Source of the DNA: a virus
Reading direction: 5' to 3' (one strand)
Virus record (IMG/VR): IMGVR_UViG_3300017782_003020
Length of the DNA: 5,301 nucleotides
In this document: in pieces, positions 1 through 5,085 of the stretch
How the letters are laid out: every line of letters starts with the position of its first letter
Numbering within the stretch: the first letter of the stretch is position 1
The notes under the pieces: generated by a model
Seen by the model: the letters and a program-made list of their open reading frames with translations, nothing else
Databases searched by the model: none
Told to the model about the DNA's origin: nothing
Translations under genes and position numbers: made by a program

Positions 1-123
1 CGCTTTAGCGTCTCTTTTAGCTTGTATGCTTCCTTCAACTTTACTCATTGCTTCTGTTGCTATTTCCCATCGATCTGTCCTAATATTATAAGCACTTTTT
101 ACCCCTTCTTTACGTTCCGTAAA
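1..123. repeat. Terminal direct repeat, copy 1. It is identical to 5179..5301 and is the overlap of a circular assembly, not a biological repeat.
   Basis: Base-by-base reading shows that 1..123 (cgctttagcgtctcttttagcttgtatgc...tacgttccgtaaa) recurs exactly from 5179 to the window end. The period is 5178 nt. Confidence 0.95.
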
Positions 124-255
124 TATCTCGGGCGCCCCATCACTTATAGGCTCTTTATTACTTACAATTCTTTCTATTTTCCATTCAATAGGTTCTCCTT
201 CCACACATTCGACACTTGTTAATGTGCTCTTATTCATTTTTCTATATTTATACAT
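1..255 (-). CDS. 5' portion of a junction-spanning ORF encoding a hypothetical small charged protein. It is a possible scaffolding or other virion-associated protein. The start is ATG at 255 (115 aa) or 237 (109 aa), and the ORF continues over the circle junction.
   Basis: Manual minus-strand translation from 237 gives MNKSTLTSVECVEGEPIEWKIERIVSNKEPISDGAPEIFTERKEGVKSAYNIRTDRWEIATEAMSKVEGSIQAKRDAKA with no stop down to base 1. An in-frame upstream ATG lies at 255..253, preceded by an in-frame TAG at 264..262. The ORF begins 10-28 nt after the capsid gene stop (266..268), on the same strand as all other genes. Its composition is not low-complexity. Confidence 0.7.
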   Translation of the reverse strand, partial: MYKYRKMNKSTLTSVECVEGEPIEWKIERIVSNKEPISDGAPEIFTERKEGVKSAYNIRTDRWEIATEAMSKVEGSIQAKRDAKA

Positions 256-265
256 CTTTTTCTAT

Positions 266-2323
266 TTATAGGTTAGGTATTACTTTAGCACTCATTTTTC
301 TTCTAGCAATAATTTTATTACTTATCTGTACCCAAAAATTTTGACTATCTAACGCCGTTTGTGCAAATATGTTATTAAACTTACTCGGATCTATATACGT
401 TGTTAAATCTTCAATTCCATTGCTTCCTTGTTCATATCTTCTGTTTAATGTCATAAACATACTATCGCCTCCCGTTTCACTTTCTGCAAAACTTCCTCTT
501 GTCTGATTCACATTTGTCATGTAATTTATCCATGCTGGTTGTTTTCCTGCTGTACTATATGTTAGTTCCTCTGTACTTGGGTCTATTACTGTGTCAAACC
601 ACGCCATTTGATCTGTTATTAAATCTTGATATCCTATTGCATCTAAAGCAGGCTTATGTAAATCATTCATTGTTTTTAGGTTTGTATCCCACTTATTACC
701 TTGACTATAATCAATTCTTGGCGTTAAACTCACTATTCCTATTATATAACTAGGCTCATCTACTTTAATTTTAATTTTTCCACCTTTGTTTTTACCTGTC
801 AATCTTCCTCTTCCTGCTAATGTTCCCAATGGTTGCTCTACTGATAATTTTCCACTTGAATCTGGTGTTTTTGTGTCTGCATTACTTACTACTTCTTCAA
901 ATCCTAGCTCTTTTATTAATGACCCGTGATATATCGGATTCTCACAACTTTTTGCTCTTTCATGCGTATACACTGCATCTAACCAATCATCATAACTTCC
1001 TCCACTTATCGCAATTCTATTAAGCATATTATACACCTTATTTGCTAAGTTTAAACTGTCTATTGTAAATTCATCTCCTGCCGTACTTACTGCTGTTACT
1101 TCATTTATTCCATTACTTCCATCAATCCATTCCGTACTAATCCAATTATTAAATAAATCACTTTGATATGTTTTAATCCCTAGTCCTTCCTGACTTGATA
1201 ACTTGTAAAATCTAGCTGTATCTCCTGCTAAATTTCCTTCCCATCCTAAACCTAATCCATACGGTGCCACTGTTGACTCATTTAACGTAAACGCTGTTGT
1301 ATCTCTTACCGCTTCTAGTATATCCATTCTCATGTCATCGATATTATCTAACGGAAATTCTGTTAACTGAGGTTCTCCTTCTCCTTGATTTTCTATATTT
1401 CCTACTACTGCTGACACTATAGCCCATGATGCTGATTGTGCTACTCCTATAAAATCTGTGAATTGTACTGTCCATATTCCATTATTATTTACTGATGTCA
1501 CATTTTCAAATATATCTGTTGCTTTTGTGTTACTTCCTCCAATATTGATTTCTATACTTTCTGGGTCTGGTTCTCCATACTGTGCCCCTGCATTATCCCA
1601 TACTATCGTAAATGTTGCTATTACTGTTGGCTGACTTGAATTTTGTGTACTTGTATCTATTGTTGCTGTACTCCAAATATCTGTTGTTGTATCACTTGTT
1701 GGCCCTGCTACTTGTACTTGTGCTGAACCTACTCCATTAATTTTAAAATTGTTATCTAAATCTTCTGCATGTATTACAAATCCTCTTTCTTCTTGTTTAT
1801 TTGCATAGTAATTTTTATATATATCCCAATATCCTAAATAGGGGATAGCATTAAACATTCTTACTGCATATCCTGATGTTACACTTCCTAAACCTCTTTG
1901 GTTTAAATAACTATATATACTACTTGAATTTATTTGTTGATTATCTCCACCATTTACATCGTAATACGCTACTTGTTGCATTTGAGGCAATAATATTTGG
2001 CTCATATCCATTCCTATATTCAACATATTCATGTGTAATTTTCCATTATATAATCTTATTGGACATTGGAATACATCCATTTGTACCTTATAACTTCCAA
2101 ATAATGGTCCTACTGTTGGCAATGTTTTTACATCACAATCCAAATCTATATCGAAACTATCGCCAGGTAACGCCACCTCACTCATAAAGGGTACTAGTGT
2201 ACCTGATGCCATACTTGATCTCCATATATACCCTAGATCATGCGTTGACCTTTCATAGTTTCTTAAACTTACTTCTTGTTTATTTCCTGAGCCGAGTCTA
2301 TCGCCTCCTATTTCTGTTTTCAT
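266..2323 (-). CDS. VP1: Major capsid protein (Microviridae F/VP1 family), 685 aa.
   Basis: The N-terminal region THDLGYIWRSSMASGTLVPFMSEVALPGDSFDIDL...LPTVGPLFGSYKVQMDVFQCPIRLY follows the pattern I recall for microvirus capsid proteins (HDLS..G.L.P...EV.PGD.F ... FFVP.RL). Later blocks also match: PYLGYWDIYKNYY, LNRIAISGGSYDDWLDAVY, GTLAGRG, GIVSLTPRIDYSQG and a C-terminal FWVQISNKIIARRKMSAKVIPNL. It is the largest ORF. Its ATG overlaps the stop of the upstream ORF (ATGA at 2323..2320). Confidence 0.95.
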   Translation of the reverse strand: MKTEIGGDRLGSGNKQEVSLRNYERSTHDLGYIWRSSMASGTLVPFMSEVALPGDSFDIDLDCDVKTLPTVGPLFGSYKVQMDVFQCPIRLYNGKLHMNMLNIGMDMSQILLPQMQQVAYYDVNGGDNQQINSSSIYSYLNQRGLGSVTSGYAVRMFNAIPYLGYWDIYKNYYANKQEERGFVIHAEDLDNNFKINGVGSAQVQVAGPTSDTTTDIWSTATIDTSTQNSSQPTVIATFTIVWDNAGAQYGEPDPESIEINIGGSNTKATDIFENVTSVNNNGIWTVQFTDFIGVAQSASWAIVSAVVGNIENQGEGEPQLTEFPLDNIDDMRMDILEAVRDTTAFTLNESTVAPYGLGLGWEGNLAGDTARFYKLSSQEGLGIKTYQSDLFNNWISTEWIDGSNGINEVTAVSTAGDEFTIDSLNLANKVYNMLNRIAISGGSYDDWLDAVYTHERAKSCENPIYHGSLIKELGFEEVVSNADTKTPDSSGKLSVEQPLGTLAGRGRLTGKNKGGKIKIKVDEPSYIIGIVSLTPRIDYSQGNKWDTNLKTMNDLHKPALDAIGYQDLITDQMAWFDTVIDPSTEELTYSTAGKQPAWINYMTNVNQTRGSFAESETGGDSMFMTLNRRYEQGSNGIEDLTTYIDPSKFNNIFAQTALDSQNFWVQISNKIIARRKMSAKVIPNL

Positions 2324-2625
2324 ACTTCTTCTTTTATTTTTTTATTAATTTTACTTTTTACTTCATCTAATAACATTATTACTTGTACTATTCGATTCCA
2401 TGTTATTTTTTTTAATTCTTCTTTTACTTTTCTCGCGCTATTTGATTTTTCCGTTAATCTATAATCGCCCATAACCCCGAAGCTTTGACCTTCAATAGTT
2501 ATTACATGAAAAGGGCTATCTTTAATTTCTTCCCTTTTTATTGTTTCATTCTTAGAAGTCCCAGAGTCTTTGTTGTGGGCTTTTTCTACATTCGCTTGTG
2601 ATTGTTTTAATTCTGTATTTTTCAT
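2320..2625 (-). CDS. Hypothetical protein, 101 aa, translationally coupled to the capsid gene. Function unknown; it could be a scaffolding or packaging accessory protein.
   Basis: The ORF is on the coding strand with non-repetitive, charged composition (..PFHVITIEGQSFGVMGDYRLTEKSNSARKVKEELKK..). Its stop TGA shares 4 nt with the VP1 ATG. Its frame is closed upstream by TAA at 2652..2650, so the ATG at 2625 is the only long-ORF start. Confidence 0.6.
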   Translation of the reverse strand: MKNTELKQSQANVEKAHNKDSGTSKNETIKREEIKDSPFHVITIEGQSFGVMGDYRLTEKSNSARKVKEELKKITWNRIVQVIMLLDEVKSKINKKIKEEV

Positions 2626-2812
2626 CGTTTTTGTATTTAGTTGAACTTTTTAATTTAATGTACTCACCGTTTTCTAATCTTCTTTTTAATATTATTTCAC
2701 CTGTTTCCGTATCTACATACATACTCTCTGTTTTATAGATCGGTTTTTCATATTTCCTCCTTTCCTTTTTCCATCTTTGTAAATGTTCATATTGTTGTTT
2801 GTTGTAACTCAT
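2552..2812 (-). CDS. Hypothetical small basic protein, 86 aa. It overlaps the next ORF by 74 nt in a different frame.
   Basis: The ORF is on the coding strand and is the first one after the 2813..2947 gap. Its N-terminus is Lys/Arg-rich (MSYNKQQYEHLQRWKKERRKYEKPIYK). I recognise no family motif. The C-terminal 24 codons overlap the start of ORF 2320..2625. Confidence 0.5.
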   Translation of the reverse strand: MSYNKQQYEHLQRWKKERRKYEKPIYKTESMYVDTETGEIILKRRLENGEYIKLKSSTKYKNDEKYRIKTITSECRKSPQQRLWDF

Positions 2813-2843
2813 AATTTGTATATTTATGTTAACGTTCTAATAT

Positions 2844-2892
2844 TGTTATATCTATAACATTTTGTACCTCTATTTGAACTATAATTTATAGT
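2844..2892. other. Two AT-rich palindromes in the Rep-to-ORF86 gap: tgttata-tc-tataaca at 2844..2859 and actataa-t-ttatagt at 2878..2892.
   Basis: Read directly from the sequence. The arms are 7+7 nt, with 2-nt and 1-nt centres. They lie 30-80 nt upstream of the ATG at 2812. In DNA this AT-rich they may occur by chance. Confidence 0.3.
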
Positions 2893-2947
2893 ATGATAAA
2901 CCCAATTTTTCACTAATATACATTTTTTTTTTAAATGTCCAAATCTT

Positions 2948-3910
2948 CTACCCTACCCCACCTGTAAGCTTCTTTATTCTTTCTAATTTTTTTATATATC
3001 TTCTTCTATTCTCATATCTTTTAAGTTCCCAATTTTTTTCATCATCACCATACCCTAATCTCTTATTTTTTTGTCTCATCATATTTAATAACTTAAAATA
3101 CTCATCTTCTCCTTTACTTATATCCACTTTTACACCACATACATACCTCTCTTCCTTATCTAATTTTTCTAACCATAAAGCTTCTCTCTGATCCTCATTA
3201 TATATTTTATTTCTATAATATATTGGCAACGCCATTTCTAATCCTGTTTTTGTTTTATAAGTTTCTATTGTCTTATCCTTTTTATATATATTTCTTTTAC
3301 TATCTACTCTTTCTAAATATTGTTTTCCTATTCCTTTACTTACAAATATTTTACTATTATATTCTTTATGTTTTTCATCTGCTTTATTTACATATTTCAC
3401 GATATAATTTATCGTTTTCGCATTCACATAATCCCCTATCCATACTTTCCCATATTTCCAAATCTTCTTTATATCCTTCACATTTTCCGTCCATACGAGC
3501 CCATGAATATGCACTCTCTCTGTCCTTTCTTGTCCCAATTCTGTTACTAACCAATGCCTCAATGTTTTTCCATATTTTTTCCTCCATCTTTCTGTATACC
3601 TTCTTATTGCTAACCTACATATTTCATTATCTCTATCATATCCACTTAATCCTTTTATTTCATTATCTAATTTCTGTAATTCGATTTCTGTGAACGTTAA
3701 AGTTACAAACTTCGAGTTCGCATTAAATCTAATATCTTCCTGCAGTCTTACTTGCCAATTCCTTGCTCTTTGTTTTTTACACTCTATACATTTCCCACAC
3801 CCTACGGGTACCATTAACACCCTTCGATCCATAATAGGGGGGATGTCCCCCCCATTTTTCTTATTCTTTATGTACTTCCTGTTCTGTATTAATCTCGGAT
3901 ACAAACACAT
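2948..3910 (-). CDS. VP4: Replication initiation protein, an HUH rolling-circle endonuclease (Microviridae VP4 / gene A-like), 320 aa.
   Basis: Motif 1 is FVTLTF (aa 68-73). The HUH motif is VHIHGLVW, with HIH at 3503..3511, verified as CAT ATT CAT on the minus strand. The two-tyrosine motif is YIVKYVNK (aa 169-176, 3383..3406). The N-terminus reads MCLYP...VGCGKCIECKKQRARNW, the Cys-rich start I recall in non-phiX microvirus Rep proteins. The ATG overlaps the VP2 stop (TAATG, sharing base 3910). An AGGA lies 5 nt upstream of the ATG. Confidence 0.93.
   Translation of the reverse strand: MCLYPRLIQNRKYIKNKKNGGDIPPIMDRRVLMVPVGCGKCIECKKQRARNWQVRLQEDIRFNANSKFVTLTFTEIELQKLDNEIKGLSGYDRDNEICRLAIRRYTERWRKKYGKTLRHWLVTELGQERTERVHIHGLVWTENVKDIKKIWKYGKVWIGDYVNAKTINYIVKYVNKADEKHKEYNSKIFVSKGIGKQYLERVDSKRNIYKKDKTIETYKTKTGLEMALPIYYRNKIYNEDQREALWLEKLDKEERYVCGVKVDISKGEDEYFKLLNMMRQKNKRLGYGDDEKNWELKRYENRRRYIKKLERIKKLTGGVG
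3837..3853 (-). other. Strong G/C stem-loop inside Rep codons 20-25. On the coding strand it reads GGGGGGG-ACAT-CCCCCC. It is a candidate replication or regulatory structure.
   Basis: The plus strand reads gggggg(3837-3842) atgt(3843-3846) ccccccc(3847-3853), giving a 6-bp all-G:C stem with a 4-nt loop. It encodes GGDIPP. It lies within the 13-mer aataggggggatg (3833..3845), which is repeated at 5049..5061. Confidence 0.6.
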
Positions 3911-4947
3911 TATTGTCCTACATGCATTACCTTATTTGGCATTGCTTTACTTGCTAATCCAAATATTCCATTTAATATATTTCCAATTAGGTTAAATACT
4001 TGTCCTCTTTTTTGTGCACCTACTCTTAGATTATTCATTTCTACTTCTAACTTTTTCAACATTTCTTGTACTTTTAAATTCTTTTCTGCCGTTGTTGCAT
4101 TTCTACTCTCATTTACTTCTTTCACTGCATTTAATGAAATTCTACTCGCCATTTCATCCATTTCTTTTCCAAATTTCTCTTGTATAACACCTTCAGTTTG
4201 TCCTTTTAGTTTTATTAATCCTGTTTCTTTTCTTGTTTTAGCTCTTAAATCTACTTTTAGACCTACTTCCTCAATCATTAATTTTACTTGATCTTGAAAT
4301 GTTTCTTCTGTTATATCATTATTCAATCGTAATTCTCTTATTTTTTCTCCTGCTAGTCTTAAATCTGTTGATATTATTTCTTGTGCGTTTTCTCCTTCAA
4401 TCTTTCTTAGTATTCCAGTATATTCATCTAATAATGTTTTTGCTTTTGTTCCTTCAATACCTGTTTTTATTTCCTCTAATCTCAAAATATTCATATCTAT
4501 TCTACTTTCTGCTTCTTTAGTATCTACTCCACCAGCTTTTTGCGCATGTGTATTATCTAAATTCGCTTTTGCTTTTAATGCCTCTATTTGAGCCCCCATC
4601 ATTAAGTTACTCATATCCATTACTTTTCCCTGTTGACTACTTCCCATGCTTGCACTTCCACCTGTCTGGCTTCCTGTTGTTCCACCTGCTCCTGCACCTT
4701 TATACATTAACGCTGGATTCAATCCTGCATTTTTCATGTGTTCTACTTGTGCCCCATAATTTGTCTTGTTCCACATATCCATTTGTAAATCATGTCCTTG
4801 TCTATTCAATCCTAATTGATTGCTAAATTGCTGATGCATCAAATTCCTTTGATTTCTATAATTTCTTCTCTCTGCTTGATGTCCACCAATCATTCCTAAT
4901 AATTGACTTCCAAATCCTGCTCCAACTCCGTTCATTCCATTTCCCAT
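3910..4947 (-). CDS. VP2: Minor capsid / DNA pilot protein (Microviridae VP2, H-like), 345 aa.
   Basis: The N-terminus is Gly-rich and hydrophobic (GVGAGFGSQLLGMIGG). The block MKNAGLNPALMY resembles the AGLNP.L.Y motif I recall from VP2 proteins of non-phiX microviruses. A Gly/Ser/Thr linker follows, then a long heptad-like charged region (about aa 120-320), consistent with a coiled-coil pilot protein. The position immediately upstream of Rep also fits. Confidence 0.85.
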   Translation of the reverse strand: MGNGMNGVGAGFGSQLLGMIGGHQAERRNYRNQRNLMHQQFSNQLGLNRQGHDLQMDMWNKTNYGAQVEHMKNAGLNPALMYKGAGAGGTTGSQTGGSASMGSSQQGKVMDMSNLMMGAQIEALKAKANLDNTHAQKAGGVDTKEAESRIDMNILRLEEIKTGIEGTKAKTLLDEYTGILRKIEGENAQEIISTDLRLAGEKIRELRLNNDITEETFQDQVKLMIEEVGLKVDLRAKTRKETGLIKLKGQTEGVIQEKFGKEMDEMASRISLNAVKEVNESRNATTAEKNLKVQEMLKKLEVEMNNLRVGAQKRGQVFNLIGNILNGIFGLASKAMPNKVMHVGQ

Positions 4948-4985
4948 AATTTCTATTTTTTAATTTTTAATTTTATTTTATTTCG

Positions 4986-5000
4986 CGCTTTTTCAAAGCG
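4986..5000. other. Small stem-loop cgcttt-ttc-aaagcg upstream of the VP2 start. Function unknown.
   Basis: It has a 6-bp inverted repeat (4986-4991 / 4995-5000) and a 3-nt loop. It is embedded in an extremely A/T-rich leader about 40 nt upstream of the VP2 ATG. It overlaps a TTGAAA / TTTG element on the coding strand. Confidence 0.35.
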
Positions 5001-5051
5001 ATCTTAACCCCTTGATATATAAGAACAGATGCGTACTACACCTATCTAAAT

Positions 5052-5081
5052 AGGGGGGATGCTCTATTTAAACACCCCCCT
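5052..5081 (-). other. G6/C6 stem-loop in the non-coding gap, directly after the stop of the junction-spanning ORF. It is a candidate terminator and/or replication origin element.
   Basis: Plus-strand a5052-gggggg(5053-5058) pairs with cccccc(5075-5080)-t5081, giving 7 bp and a 16-nt loop. On the coding strand it reads TAA-gata-A-GGGGGG-tgtttaaatagagcat-CCCCCC-T-atttag. It carries the same 13-mer as the Rep-internal hairpin. Confidence 0.55.
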
Positions 5082-5085
5082 TATC

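Noticed and set aside
130-137. Perfect 8-bp all-GC palindrome GGGCGCCC inside the wrapped ORF. It stands out in AT-rich DNA.
   Set aside because: It cannot form a stable hairpin because it has no loop. It encodes Gly-Ala-Pro in a plausible protein context and occurs only once per genome. It is most simply a coding coincidence or a restriction-type site.
1834-1846. A third partial copy of the hairpin-arm motif, ctaaatagggg-at, inside the capsid gene. It shares 11 nt with 5046..5056.
   Set aside because: It has only four G residues and no complementary C-run nearby. It encodes the conserved IPYLGY capsid block. An 11-nt match is within chance expectation for a 5-kb AT-rich genome.
2552-2649. 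Possible programmed frameshift fusing ORF86 to ORF101.
   Set aside because: Moving from the ORF86 frame to the ORF101 frame needs a +1 shift, and I see no recognisable slippery or shifty-stop context. The ordinary explanation of an overlapping gene pair, or a homopolymer sequencing error, is more likely. It is kept only as a caveat in the finding.
22-4826. Eight plus-strand ORFs in the track: 22..222, 499..753, 820..1023, 1876..2187, 3223..3693, 3320..3550, 3690..3995 and 4299..4520, plus 4548..4826. Their products are extremely Phe/Leu/Tyr/Ile-rich and look like membrane proteins.
   Set aside because: Each lies antisense to a well-supported minus-strand gene. Their low-complexity hydrophobic composition is what the complement of A-rich codons produces, because T-rich codons give F, L, Y, I and S and few stops. 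They carry no motifs and have no independent intergenic space, so I treat them as antisense shadows.
4948-5045. Promoter upstream of VP2. On the coding strand there is TTGAAA (4991..4996) with TAAAAT repeats downstream, and a TTTG that could be a Bacteroides-type -33 element.
   Set aside because: The spacers to the two TAAAAT copies are about 15 and 20 nt rather than about 17. No TAnnTTTG -7 motif is present. In a leader this A/T-rich, such hexamers are uninformative. A promoter probably lies in this gap, but I cannot place it from sequence alone.
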